A stretch of DNA of 64,000 nucleotides from Octopus bimaculoides (GCF_001194135.2 NC_069001.1:2993803-3057802), one strand, 5' to 3'. Positions 40,201-54,421 are shown, counted from the stretch's first letter. Program-made: numbers and translations. The notes: a model not told the origin generated them from the letters alone.

Positions 40201-42084
40201 TTCGTACGTACCTACGTTCGCTCGTACGTACGGACGTATGTACGCACGTTCCTTCGTTTGCTCGATCGTACGTACGTACGTTTGTTTCTTCGTACGTACG
40301 CACGTACGTTCTTTCGCTCGGTCGTTCGTTAGTTCATTCCTTCGTATGTACGTTCGTTCTTTCGTATTTACGCACGTACGTACGATCGTTCGTACGTAAG
40401 TACGTTCGTTCTTTCGTTCGTTCCTTCGATCGTTCGTCCGCACGTACGTACGTTCGTTCGGACGTAATTACGTACGGACGTTCTTTCGTTCCTTCGTTCG
40501 TACATATGTGCATATGTTCGTTCAATCATTAGTTCCTTCGTACGTACGTTCGTTCGTTCGTTTATTCATTTCGTTTCTTCGTTCATTCGTTCGTATGTTT
40601 CGTACGATCGTTCGTTCTTGCGTGCGTACGTAAGTTCGTTCTTTCGTTCGGTCCTTCGATCGTATGGTCGTTCGTTTGTACACACGTACGCACGTTCGTT
40701 CGTTCATTCCTTCATTCTTACGTATGAACGTACGTACAAACGTACCTTCCTTTGTTCGCTGTGTCGTTTGTTTGTTCGTTCGTTTCTTCGTACGTACACA
40801 CGTACGTTCTTTCGTTCGGTCGTTCTTTCGCTAGTTCGTTCCTTCGTATGTACGTTCGTTTGTGCGTTCTTACGCACATACGCAAGTACGAACGTACGTA
40901 CGTACGTTCGTTCGTATGTACTTACGTACGTGCGTTCTATGTTTCGTTCGTTCCTTCGATCGTTCGTTCGTTCGGACGTTCATTTGTTTGTTCGTTCGAT
41001 CTTTCTTTCGTTCACAAGTGCGTACGTTCGTTCGTTTGTTCGTTCATTCTAATGTAAGTACTACGTACGCACGTACGTTCGTTCGTTCTTTTCTTCGTTC
41101 GTACGTATCTACGTTCGTTCGTTTATTCATTTCGTGTCTTCGTTCATTCGTTCGTATGTGCGTGCGATCGTTCGTTCTTACGTGCGTACGTACGCTCGTT
41201 CTTTTGTTCGTTCCTTCGATCTTTTGGTCGTTCGTTCGTACATACGTACAAACGTACCTTCGTTTGTTCATTTGTTCGTTGTGTCGTTTGTTCGTTCGAT
41301 CGTTTCTTCGTACGTACACACGTACGTTCTTTTGTTCGGTCGTTCGTTAGTTCTTTCGTTCGTTCGTTCCTTCGTATGTACGTTCGTTTGTACGTTCTTA
41401 CGTACATACGTAAGTACGGACGTACGTGAGTACGTAAGCACGTTCGTACGTACGGCCGTTCGTTCGTTAGTACGTTCGTATGTACGTACGTACGTTCGTT
41501 GTTCGTTCGTTCCTTCGATCGTTCGGCCGTTCGTTCGGTCGTTCGTTCGTTCGTTCAGACGTACGTACGTTCGCTCGGACGTACGTACGTTCGTTTGTTT
41601 GTTCGTTCGATCTTTCTTTCGTTTACAAGTGTGTCCGTTCGTTCGTTCGTTTGTTCATTCTAATGTACGTACTACGTACGTACGTGCGCTCGTTCGTTCT
41701 TTTGTTCGTTCGTGCGTGCCTAGGTACGTTCGTTCGTACGGACGGACGTATGTGCTCGCGTTCCTTAGTTCGCTCGATCGTACGTACGTACGTTTGTTCC
41801 TTGATACGTACGCACGTTCGGTCGTTCGTTATTTCTTTCCTTAGTTCGTTCCTTCGTATGTACGTTCGTTTGAACGTTCGTACGTACATACGTAAGTACG
41901 TACGTACGTATGATCGCTCGTACGTACGTACGTTCGTTCTTTCGTTCGTTTCTTCGATCGTTCGGTCGTTCGTTCGTCCGCACGCACGTACGTTCGTTCG
42001 TTCGTCCGCACGCACGTACGTTCGTTCGTTCGTACCTACGTACGTACATACGTTCGTTCTTTCGTTCGATCGTTCGTTCGTTCG
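25276..42084. repeat. ~16.8-kb compound (TACG/TTCG) CpG-rich satellite with higher-order repeats, in the last myosin intron
   Basis: Built from tacg/ttcg/ttctttcg units with recurring landmarks (ttcacaagtgcg, ttccttaattcgctcgatcg, tttattcatttcgtttcttcg, cttacgtatgaacgtacgtacaaacg). One 10-N gap at 31385. Confidence 0.97.
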
Positions 42085-42273
42085 TTATATATAAAAATAA
42101 ATATATATATAAAAATAAATAAATATGTATACCTATGTACACACATACATGTATATATATGTATGTGTAGACATATATGTATATACATGTACACACACGC
42201 ATATATATACACTTGCATACATATAAACCTATACACACACACATATATATATATGTATATATANNNNNNNNNN

Positions 42274-42324
<51 letters not shown>

Positions 42325-42528
42325 TATATACGTAAGGAGCAAAATAGCTTCTTCTAAAATCTCTAAAAAATATATAATTAACAACAATAGTAAACAATAA
42401 GTTTTTTTTTATGACTATAACATGGCTGTTCTATAAAGAATTATGTTACTACATTTTAACACCAATATGTATACATACATACCTATATATGTGTGTGTGT
42501 GTATATATATATATATACACACACAAAT

Positions 42529-42624
<96 letters not shown>

Positions 42625-42708
42625 CTGGAGCCTGGTGTTGCCATCCGGTTTCACCAGTCCTCAGTCAAATCGTCCAACCCATGCTAGCATGGAAAGCGGA
42701 CGTTAAAC

Positions 42709-42759
<51 letters not shown>

Positions 42760-42807
42760 ACACTACTACTCCTTAAACAAAGAAATAAATATTATTTTCC
42801 TTCTCAC

Positions 42808-43110
42808 CTTTTCATTATTGGGGTCTGAATATGCGAAACAGAACCCATTTCAAATAAATTAATTCTGTCTCGTACTGCAGGCGCATCTAATTCGGAATAG
42901 TCGATCATTTCTTCATCACCAGACTCCGAGAAATCTGATTCCTCATCGGACTCATACATTGTCATGTGACTGAACATCATCGACAGGATCCTTGCAGTCA
43001 CTTGGGTCTCACATTTCTTTGCTAATTCTGTTTTGGTGTTCTCTTCAAAGAATTCGTCTAATTCCTTCTCACCTTCGTCATCTATTTCATCAGCAAATCT
43101 AGGGACGGGG
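42808..43110 (-). CDS. MYO3: Myosin tail acidic exon, 303 bp (PVPRFADEIDDEGEKELDEFFEE...AVRDRINLFEMG...)
   Basis: tttcttttccag acceptor, AG|GTGAGA donor, phase 2-2; lies within ORF 42804..43154. Confidence 0.8.
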
Positions 43111-43746
43111 CTGGAAAAGAAATTGGTTTGCAGTGAAGGAATATACAAATACAATAATATTTAACATGTTTGTGTACATTTGAATGTGAGAAGCCCTTTT
43201 GCTGTGGAAGAAGTCTCAGAGAAAACATTCCTCCTCATGGACAATATGTGTGAAAACACATTGGGCAACAAATGACAACATTGAATTGCAGGACACATGC
43301 ATTTCTGCATTGTTACACATCGTCCTCCACAACCCCATCAAAATGATAGTTCTGTTATATAAGAATAGCAAACAATAAATTTGCTAGGCAAGCTGGAATT
43401 AATTAAACAGAGTTGCAAGAAGCAGCATTGAATATCTGTGCATGTACAATGATATTTAACAATTTTGTGTACATTTGAACATGGTAAGACTGTTCATTGT
43501 AGAAGTAGTCCTGGGAAAAAATTGTATGAAAACACATTGGGCTACAAATAGCATCATTAGAGTGTAGCCTGCATAGGTTTCTGCATCATCATATGTCATC
43601 AACCTTGAATACCTATTCTGCATTTGAGATTCATTTTATTTTCATCAAATAGAGTAAAGAGTTTATATTTACTTCAAAGTGTTAAGAGCCTCCCTCCCTC
43701 CCACACCACCGCCATTCCACCCAGGAATAACCAAAGATCAACTCAC

Positions 43747-43833
43747 AGTGGTCCACTTTCCTTTCTCTTTTGTTTGGCTGCTTCAATGAGACAGGAGAGT
43801 TGGTCTTCTTTGGGTTGCCCTTCTTCAGTAGTC
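43747..43833 (-). CDS. MYO3: Myosin tail exon, 87 bp (TTEEGQPKEDQLSCLIEAAKQKRKESGP)
   Basis: ttgttttag acceptor, GTGAGT donor, phase 2-2. Confidence 0.75.
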
Positions 43834-44659
43834 CTAAAACAATGGAACAATATAGCATAAGAAAAAAGTTGTTTGACTCTTTCAACCATAAAATATGAGA
43901 TGAAAACAAGTTCTTTTCTAAAAAGAAAAATATTAAAAAAAAAATTAAATTATAAATTGAATTAGTGAAATTTTAATCAAATTTAAAAGTGAAATAACCT
44001 CAGAAAACAAACCAAAACAAAAAAATTGGGTTTCTGAATATTTTTTTTTTGTCTTAAATCTGGTGAAACAGAAATTGTTAAACTTTATGAGATTTAAGAT
44101 AAAAGAATTCAGAGAATAAATTTTTTGTTTCTCAATTCTTTATTTTGAGAACAATTGTATTTGTAAATTTTAAATAAATAAATTTTCCATTTCGAATGAA
44201 AAATTTTATAAGTTAAAATAAATAAATTTTTTATTTATGATAAATTTATTTAAAATAAATATTTTTTATTCAAAATAAATTTTTATTCTTAAAATTTCAT
44301 TTATATATTAATCGTTTTCCCCCAAAAATACCCCACCAAAAAATATTTAGCAATTTTGATTTGTTTTCCTGAATATTATTAATATTTATTATCAAAATTA
44401 GAACATTTTTGATTCTATTTATTTTTAACAGATTTTATCATTATCACAAACTTTAGTTCTTCTATTAACCTATTTATTTTTTTACAAGCTGTGTCAATTT
44501 CTGGGGCATCATACATATATTGCACAGTATGGTTTAGATATGTAGTCAAGTCCATTTTAAGGACATACATCTACATAATGTCAACTAGAGCACAACTACT
44601 TGTCCTGAGATTTTTAGTTGGTAGCCATGATGGCAGAACGTTAGATACATGCTCTAGAT

Positions 44660-44951
44660 CAGGGGTTCTCAACCATTTTTTTTATCTATGGACCCCCTTT
44701 GATTGCTATTTCATTCTGATGGACCCCATAGCCATTCGATGTTTAAAAACTAGCTTTATAGAATGTTATTTATTAATGTTTTCACACATTAATTTGTGTA
44801 GGTTGAACTATGTAAAATGTTAGAGAAAGAAACCCAGCTGTTTCTTAAAATACAATCCAATACATATGTCTAAAGCTAAATTGTTTCAGAGGCCCTTAAA
44901 ATACTATTGTGGACCCTTAGGAGCCGTATGGACCTCGGTTGGGAACCACTG
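44660..44951. mobile_element. hAT (Charlie-like) MITE, 292 bp
   Basis: TIRs CAGGGGTTCTCAACC / GGTTGGGAACCACTG (13/15); 8-bp TSD ctctagat / ctctagac (NTCTAGAN type). Confidence 0.85.
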
Positions 44952-46830
44952 CTCTAGACTGGCCAATATGCTGGTATGAAACCAGAGGTATTAGGTTTTT
45001 GACTGAATTTATTATTCACCTTTCCAACCTCTTAATCACTCTTTCTTTCAGTTTTAACACACACACACACCCACACACGTGTATCTTTTGCAAAATAAAG
45101 ACTGTAAAGTGGTTGGCGTTTGAAAGGGCATCCAGCTGTAAAAACCTTACCAAAACTGATCTTGCCTGTGCTGGTGCCATGTAAAAAGCACTCAGTCCAC
45201 TCTGCAGGGTGGTTGGTGTTAGGAAGGGCATCCAGCCATAAAAGCTGTGCCAAAACAGACACAGAAGTCTGGTGCAGGCTCCTGCCTGGCCAGTTCCTGT
45301 CAAACTTGTGCCAGCATGGAAGGCAGACATTAAATAATGATGATTTCCCAGCCACAACTTCCCATGAAAAATCATATCTAAAGCTAAATGACAAGAACTG
45401 TTTTCAAAACAATTTAACAATTTATAAATTTCACTTGAATGCAAGATACAAAAACAAACAGATTTTCTTGAAGAGAAAAAAGGGAAAAATAACAAACAAA
45501 CCGATATGCACACATGAGGAACCTTTCATATAGAAAGCAAAATCTATTAAAATCAAGGCAAAATAATATTTCAAATAAAAAAAGGATAAAAAATTATTGA
45601 CATAAAAAAAAACAAAGCATTGAATAAGCCATAGTTTCTATGAGATTGTTTTGATGTTGTTTCTATTCATTCCCAATATTTTGTTCAGTATATGATCAAA
45701 AGTATTTCCTGCCATGACCATCCCATCATTTTTCTGGTCAAGCTGGATCTAGGACAATATTATCTAATATATCCTTCCTTTTTTTTTTTTGGTTGGTTTT
45801 CATTAAAGCTAAGATGTGATTTTCATGAAGTTTGGCTACTATTTTTAGCAGGTCGAGCATCCACATATTACAACATTGTTGTTGTTTAAATCCAGGACAA
45901 CCTTCATGGAGTAGACCTATGAGCAGAGACACTCCAACTGTGACCATTTAATCTTTTCACACACACACATGAAAACACAGTCCTACAAAGGCTAGCAGGC
46001 TGAAGCTTCGAAGTTACTTTCACCCCACTTTTTGTACAAGTTTAATAAATACATACTCTAGATCTTTTAGTTTAATGCTAAACTGTTCCAAGTATAACTG
46101 GGGATAAAGACAAACATATATATATAGATAGGTATGTATCTTTTTAGTGCAATAGATATTATAAAGATATAGACTGTAGTAAAGTATAAAGATAAGTTAA
46201 GTACAGAACTAATAACTAGAGTTGGATGTGTAGTCAAAGACTGCAATACTTAATAGTCTAAGAATATGATGAGGCATGGTAGTAGTTAAGGACCAGGCAC
46301 TGTGATCAAATGTAGAGTTAGCTAGGGACCTAGAGTCAAAGGTAGTGTTAGTTTAGGACAGCACTTCAAATAAAATGGTTAAAAGATGAATGGTTCAGAA
46401 AAAAAAGGAGAGAACAATTGAAATTAAATAAAGTTCAATATAGAAGAAATCCAAAAACTTTGATATAAATTATATCAAGGGAAGTCACACAATACTTTAA
46501 GAATATTTTCTTATAATTCTGCTTAAGACATTTCATGTATAACATTACTATTTGTTTTTGATATAAAATATAATTTATTTTATGCTGTTTGCCTTTAATA
46601 AAATACAATACAATTATAAACTATAAACTGACTTACTGTCTCTTTATTGGATAATACCATCGTTGTTTATTATTATTATTATTATCATTATTATTATGTT
46701 AAAGTATTGTGCCACAATTTGAAATACAAACATTATAAATAACACACTTCAATTGGTTGAATATACCATCAAGCAAAACTTAGAACTCCAGCTGGCAAAA
46801 TGATAATATATCCTTTTAAACTCTTTTTTG

Positions 46831-46861
<31 letters not shown>

Positions 46862-47000
46862 CTAATAACCTTATCATGTTTGGTATTTAGAATAATAATG
46901 ACTGGGAGAGAAATATTTACAATGTAAACTTGATGGACTATAAGTAAAATATATACATACAGATATGTAGTATGTGTGTGTGTGTATGTATATATGTGTG

Positions 47001-47033
<33 letters not shown>

Positions 47034-47060
47034 ATATATATATATATGTGTGTGTATATA

Positions 47061-47148
<88 letters not shown>

Positions 47149-47554
47149 CACATACATATATATGCATATACAGTGTGTGTATGTGTATATACATATATTT
47201 ATGAATACACACATGTGCACACGAATGGTTACATATATACATGTTAACTGCTGGTAGTTACTTCTCAATCCACAATTTTCAGAAAGATTTTGCAGTAAGT
47301 AGAGCAGCAAATTAGCATTTTTTTGCTTCTGACGAAAGCAAATCTGTCAAAGACAGGCATGCCTAAATTCTGGAACACTAGCATAAAGCTATGGTGTGGA
47401 AGGAACTTCAACCAATATATACGGGCACTATAAGATTGTCAATGACAATGTATAGGTCACTTTTGTGTGTAACATGAGATAAAAGCAATACCTAACAATG
47501 CTCCTTATCACACAGAGACACACGTATATAAACATACAAAACATATACGTAAAT

Positions 47555-47953
47555 ATATATATACACATCGTGGCACTCTGTTGATTATGATGACAACGGT
47601 TCCATTTGATTTGATCAACGGAACAACCTGCTCGTGACATTAACGTGCAAGTGGCTGAGCACTCCACAGACATGTGTACCCTTAACATAGGTCTCGGGGA
47701 AATTCAGCATGACACAGAGTGTGACAAGGCTGGCCCCTTTGAAATACAGGTGCAACAGAAACAGGAAGAAAGAGTGAGAGAAAGTTGTGGTGGAAGAGTA
47801 CAGCAGGGTTCACCACTGCTCCCTGCCAGAGCCTCGTGGAGTTTTAAGTGTTTTTGCTTAATAAACATCCACAACGCCTGGTCTGGGAATTGAAACCATG
47901 ATCCTATGACCGTGAGTCCGCTGCTCTAACCACTGGGCCATTGCGCCTCCACA
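47555..47953 (-). mobile_element. tRNA-derived SINE family 2; copies also at ~4480-4695 and ~23955-24270
   Basis: Shared text gtgacacagagtgtgacaaggctggcccctttgaaatacagg...gctcaataaaca...ccactgggccattgcgcctccac (tRNA-like head on the minus strand). Confidence 0.8.
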
Positions 47954-49877
47954 CATACACATATATATATATATACACATACATATAAATAAATACACAT
48001 ACATATTTACGTATGTATATATAGAATAGGATTTATGTATTGAGGTTATATCATGAAAATTAGATTAAACAGAAAAGTAGGTTTATGTAATGAAAATTAG
48101 AAAAGTATCTATCTACAGAAAAATTTATTATCTAATCAAAATAAATTATCTAATGAAATATTGTAAATATTTGGATATTACATGTTAAAATTGAAATTAA
48201 AATTTAAAAAGAAATTACTATTCAGACTGAGAATGCAGAAAAACTAACAACAAATGTGAGTAATTCACTACTCTACATAAAACATGCTGAAGTTCTTAAA
48301 AATGGTGAATCCATGAAGAATTAATTCTACAATATCTTGGTGAGATCATGGTAATATATTACATGGTAAAGAAGTTTATTCTTTAATTCTTTTCTCATTT
48401 TTTTGCCAGTTTCCTGTACTATATATATTATTTTCTGCCTTGTTTATCTAAGCAATATCATTCACTCTTCCCATGTGTGACATTGAAAAAGAATTTTAAT
48501 TCAAGAACAAACACAGAATGCAACTTCTATCCCACTGAATTTAACTTTATCAAACATATGAATAAGCATTTTCTAAAACATATTTGTGCAAGCCTTGTAT
48601 TTATTATTATAGTAATTAGAAATTTGTTGCTTTTGCCTGGATGCATGGTTCTCTGATTCAAACATGTACTTCACCAAACTTTGGGGAAAACACATTCTGG
48701 TTAACTTCATTGAATCACAGTATTGCTAGGTTAGAATGAGTCTTCACTTTTGATGGGACATAGAAAATTAAAGAGATGTCTCTATTGCACATAGTTTGTA
48801 CAAGTCTTTCATAGCATCTTTAGGAGAGTAGACCAATGTCTTTGAGAGAGTACAGTAGTGCCTCTAGCAGAGTACATCACATGATCTCCCATGTTTTTTT
48901 GTTATTCCTATGTAGTTTGAAGATGAAAAAATTTGTTTTTCTTTTAATGGATGAGTATATGTGATGATGTGACATTCATGCTTCTCTTAAGATCATTAAT
49001 GAAAAGACTACAACAAGATAGCAACAATTGTATTGTAATATTCATTTCCTGCTAACTCCTCTCCACTTTACCATGCTTACATACACACACATATAACTAC
49101 ATAAACACACATGATCACACACATGTGAGTATATGTGTGTGCATGTGATTGTGTGCAAGTATATGTGTGTATGTGTGTGTGTTTCTGTGTATGTTTACAT
49201 GTTAAGTAACACAACAATACAGTGATGACAATGTGTTTGAAAATAATGTTCCTTTTTTTGAAAATACATTATTCTGGGGTGTTTTTTTTTTTTTTTTTGG
49301 TATTTTTTTTTCTCAATATTTGACTTGTATAATTTCCCATCTCAAAGACATGCCAAGATGGAGGAAAAACATAAGAGTTAAATAAAAGATTTTAAAGAAT
49401 AATTAAATTTAAGGAAAAAGTTGAAAAAGAAAAAAAAAGGTTCCTTGCAGGCTACGGATAGCAGAAGGGAACAGTCTGAAACATGATGCAATAACAACAA
49501 AAAAAAAATGTCTTTAAAAGAATTCTACAGAAATGGAACAGGATATCTTGCATTGAGTATGTAGTTCAACAAAGGAACAGAGACAGAGATGAACAGGCAA
49601 GGAGACAAGGTAGCAAACCAATTTGGTCTCAGGAATAGTTATACCAAAAATAGTCATGCCAATGTAAGAAAAAAAATGTTATCATGCATTTTTGTGTGGT
49701 TTTGAGAGCAAGACATTAAACCACAAATGAACGAACATCTGATGTGGAAAGAAAGAAAGAAAGAAAGAAAGACGTACTGAATGAACAAACATTACTGACC
49801 AAAAAGAAAAAAAGGGAAAAATAACACGAACCGACATTGATGAGGAAAGAAAGAAGAAATGAAGAAGAAAGACCCAC

Positions 49878-52070
49878 TTAACAAGACGAGGTCTGGCGAT
49901 GGTATTTGCAATCAAGCATTGAGATATTTCTCCTCTTTCATGGGCTTTGTTAATCTCCACAGATCTGCTTTGCCTAAATAAATGCCCAGGCGACATGGTA
50001 TGAGGTTGGAATGGATTAGTATCTAAAGAACTATGACTATTGCTCAAACTGGATCTACCTTGATCTTCGGTAAATAGATAAGTATTACTGTAGGACGGAT
50101 TTTCTGGACTAGATGAATCGGCGTTGATGAACGACTGCGAATCTTTTGAACGGCTGAACGTGTCGGAAGAAACAGTAGCAGCAGTAGAGGAAGCAGATAA
50201 GAGAGGTGAGCTAGAATTACTTCGACTAGAACTACGGCTAAAAGGAATATCTATGTAGTAGTTATCACAGCTGCCTAAATACCAGGAGTCGTCCAGTTTT
50301 TGCCAACATCTATCAACAGGAAGTAAGGGACTACTTAATTCAGGAATGCTTTGTTTGCTCTCATCACTGCTTGGCCTCTGGCTTTCAATGTCGGACGTAT
50401 CACAATCAGCCATATTCGATTTAAAGCTACAACTGTTTGTGCTTATGCTGCACGCTTGTTCGTTGGAGTCGTTCTCTACACTTAAGCTAAACACACTGAC
50501 TGTGCTGCCACCTATACTTTCGAAATCTTCCAGTGATGTCCTTCCTTTTGTATCACTGTGATTTGAGTCGCTATAATTCACGGAGCTAGCCTCCTCCAAA
50601 TTAATTGTCTCTTCACTGATTGCAACTAGACTGCCATCGTCAAAGCTCATTTTTAAGAAAAAGTTCATACCTAAACAAGAATCATAATCCTTAGATGCTG
50701 CGTGAATATTTCCAAATTCTTGGCTTTGTTTAGATTCCACAAGGTTACACCTATTATAACTAGTTTTGTCTTCGTGAGAATGGTGATTCTTTAATTTATA
50801 CAAGTCTTTACGTCCAAATCTTGATCTGTAGGGTCGAGTATCTATACAGGGAGCTCTTGACCGGATTTCATTACATAAGCTGTTTTTGTCATTGCGGTTT
50901 TGATCTGAGCAGTTCTGTAGACTTGGCCAATCATTCTCATCGGTGCTTGTCTCGTCCCCATTGTCATTGAAATCGGCCTGACAGTAATAGCCTCCTAAAA
51001 TACAAGCTGGATGAAAAGTTTCGTCCTCGTCTTCTTCATCCTCCATCTCTGGCCATGAGTCTTTCTCAAAATGTACGCTAATACTATCATTGTCGATGCT
51101 TTCGTTAAAGTGGTAATCTAATACAATACTCGGTTTCGGATAACTTTCTGGCTCGGCACACACAGGAAATTTTCGGCTACCATTGTAGCAAGCTTCTTGG
51201 TAGTCATTGTTCCTCGCTTTCGTCTGGTTACAGTCTTCACACACTCGACAGTTGTTGTATATCTCACCGCCATCACTTGCTCGTCTATTAACATCAGGCG
51301 GCATCAAACCACTTTGACGGAAATCATGACTACGTCTACGATGATTGTTCAAAATCGTACGGATTGAATCGTCGATTGTATTGATCCAGTGGTACTCCTC
51401 GTTTATTGGCAGTTTGTTGACCGATTCCGATGAACGTTTTATAGTGGTATCAAAATTTCGAGACTCATCCACCCTCCATTGCACATCTTCGATGCCAGCA
51501 GAGAGTTTGTTTTCAGAACTTGGCAACAGTTTCCTTGAAGGACGGGTGCTCCTTCGCCCCATTGTCAGATCTTCCCCAACGGGAGGCAGTACACGGCAAC
51601 TGTTATTTTGTACATGGTTACTCTCTTTGCTTGTTTTATTTGTATCGTCAATGACTAAAACTACAGGCTTGCGATTATATTCCGGCTCCTTAATAATTTC
51701 TGGGTGATCTCTCTTGGCCGTTTCCTCCAAAGGGAACTGATAGTTCTCAACGACTATATTCTGTTCAGACCCAATCCATTTCCCAGAAGAATCTGAATTA
51801 CTAATGGTAGTTTCTATGTTATTCTGCTTCTGGTTGCTATCCATACTATTCTGCACATCACTAACTACAACAGCATTAGTAGCACTAGTGCTAGGCTGTT
51901 CACGCTCATGATAGCTCCCCTCATACTCAGTCCCGACGGTGGCAGGAGGATCGTCATACTCAATGCTTTTTTTATAGTTATGCTGTGTGCTGTTATAGGG
52001 TTTATTGGCCCGAGGCATTATCTCAGAGCTCTCTGGAGAATCTGTCTGCAAAGATTCCTCTGGCATTGGC
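49878..52070 (-). CDS. MYO3: Myosin tail giant exon, 2193 bp (731 codons), Ser/Asp/Glu/Asn-rich low-complexity
   Basis: Covers most of the 794-aa ORF 49682..52066. catctttag acceptor at 52072-52071; donor AA|GTGGGT at 49877, after which the ORF degrades into intron-like F/S-rich text; phase 2-2, in frame with flanking exons. Confidence 0.8.
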
Positions 52071-53416
52071 CTAAAGATGAAGTAAACAAAAGAAAATTGG
52101 TAAATTCTTCACTTCAGAGTCGTGCGGCTGCAACAGAACAATTGATGGAATGGATACAAAATACTCTCTCTCTCTCACACACACACTCACATGAATGTAC
52201 ACATAAATACATATAAATATAGGTACAGATATGGCTGTGAGGTTAAGAAGTTTGCTTCCCAACCACATGGTTTCAGGTTCAGTCCCACTGTGTGGCACCT
52301 CAGAGCAAGCAGCTTTTACTACAGTTCCAGGCCTACCAAAGTTTTGTGACTGGATTTCGTGTATGGAAACTGAAAGAATTTCATATGTTTGTGTGTGTGT
52401 TTGTGTCTTTTTGTCATGTAAAAACCACCCACTACACTCTTGGAGTAGTTGGCATTAGGAAGGGCATCCAGCCATAGAAACCATGCCAAAGCAGATTGGA
52501 ACCTGGTGCAGTTCCCCTGCTTACCAGTTTTCAGTCAAACCGTCCAACCCATGCCAGCATGGAAAACGGACCTTAAGTGATGGTGATGATGATGATGATG
52601 GTTTTGTGTATTCTAGAAGTATAAGCAATTCACTGCACATTAATTTTAACAACAAAATTTTACACAGACCCCCACCAAGGGCCATATGGACCTCAGTTGG
52701 GAATCAACATGAAACTGACTTTGTGTGATAAGGTGGACCTTCAACTGATAGGCTTCCATACAGTTTCCATCAAACCGATTTCACTTCATGGGGCTTGGAA
52801 TAACCAAGGACTGCAGAAGAAGAGAGTTGCTGTCACTAAATAGGATTGAACTTGAAACCTTGTGATTGAGAAGTAAACATCTTAACCACTGAACAACCCT
52901 CATATCCAAACGTATACAGATATATACACACACACACACACACAAATGTGCACACATACACACACACACACAAAACTATGCATGTACACAAACACAACTG
53001 TACAACATATACACACGCACACACACATACACCCCCAACACACATGGAAGTCTTACAAACTTACCTGTTCTAAATGATGTCAACACAGTAATAAAAAAAT
53101 TAATGAATTCTTCACAAATTACAAAATTTCTTCACAATATAATCAATAAGAATCAAAGCAAGGAATCTTACATGGAATGGTAATATGAAATCAGAGAGAT
53201 ATTTGTATGCATGATGATGATGATGATGATGATGATGTTGTTGCTCCAGTAATCCTAAGGTTTATGACGCAAAAATTAGGGAGCATTTCCACAATATAAT
53301 CAACATATTTCTTAGAATTATTGTCTTCATTTTGGAATGGTAAATGCTTACTCAAAGAGAGGAAATAGGAAAAAAAATTACTCCAGAAATACTGAAGTAT
53401 TCACAGAATTGTTGAA

Positions 53417-53457
<41 letters not shown>

Positions 53458-53576
53458 ATATATTATATATATATGGTATACATATATAATATCTACATAT
53501 ANNNNNNNNNNATATATATATATATATGTAAATGATAAGAATATTCAAGAGAAATAAACAATAAAATTGCAAATAC

Positions 53577-53651
53577 TTTTTAATTTGATTGACTCTGAGT
53601 TTTTCCTTGATACTCGCAAATGTCGTCTTTCCAGATGGTTTCTCAGTTGGC
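53577..53651 (-). CDS. MYO3: Myosin tail exon, 75 bp (PTEKPSGKTTFASIKEKLRVNQIK)
   Basis: tttgtttcag acceptor, GTATTT donor, phase 2-2. Confidence 0.6.
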
Positions 53652-54394
53652 CTGAAACAAAGAAAAAACAGAAACATTTGTTAGAACTCTTGGAGAACGA
53701 TGCAAGAACTTCTAATGGCTTTTGTCTTCATCTACCCATAATGGGATTCAGTTATTGACTGAGCTATTAAGTTGTGCTAGATGGAGTTTAGCGATACGAA
53801 GGCCAAGTCGAGGCACATGATCGCAAGATTGAGGGTTCGATTCCTGGTTCTGGTGATGCCCTGTGTGTCCTTGATTAAAACACTTCATTTCAAGTTGTTC
53901 CAGTCCTCTCAGCTGGTAAAAATTGATTAATCCTGTAACAGACCACCGTCCCATCCAGGAAAAAATAGATACCCCAAAGAAACCAGGAAACCATCTCTAT
54001 ACTCCTTATGGAGTAAATGTGGACTAATTGCATCAATACAAGGGCAATATTGTGCAAACTATGAGAGCAACCCTTGTCCTTTTTTCAGAAGTGGCTGTGT
54101 GATTACAAAGGGCTCAACTGGTACTTAATTTATCGACCCTAAAAGGATGAAAGGTAAACTTATCGCAGTGGGATTTGAACACAGAACATAAAGGGCTAGA
54201 TGAAATACTGTAATAATAACGGTTTCAAATTTTGGCACAAGGCCAGCAATTTTGGGGGAATGGGCTTGGGTTGATTATATTGACCCCAGTGTTCAACTGG
54301 TCCTTATTTTATCAACCCCAGAATTTTACATTATTTCCGAAATTAGTTGAAACAAAGCTAGTGTATTTTAACAGAAATATGGTAACAAAAGGGT

Positions 54395-54421
54395 TAAATC
54401 AGAAGACATTATTATTATTAT

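Noticed and set aside
25276-42084. CRISPR-like or coded-message reading of the landmark/spacer pattern
   Set aside because: There are no unique spacers between identical repeats; all segments derive from the same tetramers, and the context is a eukaryotic intron with no cas genes.
25250-42122. Dozens of long ORFs (up to 434 aa, YVRSFVRT / TNERTYVR repeats) in the satellite
   Set aside because: TACG/TTCG units rarely form stop codons; ORFs occur in many frames on both strands with no splice or domain evidence.
50346-52216. Plus-strand ORFs overlapping the giant exon (50346, 51345, 51908), plus antisense ORFs over ASB8 exons
   Set aside because: Antisense shadows of real coding sequence with no recognisable domains.
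53065-53069. Possible 5-nt micro-exon tttag|AACAG|GTAAGT on the minus strand
   Set aside because: It would shift the frame between the phase-2 exons 53577-53651 and 49878-52070, which already join in frame.
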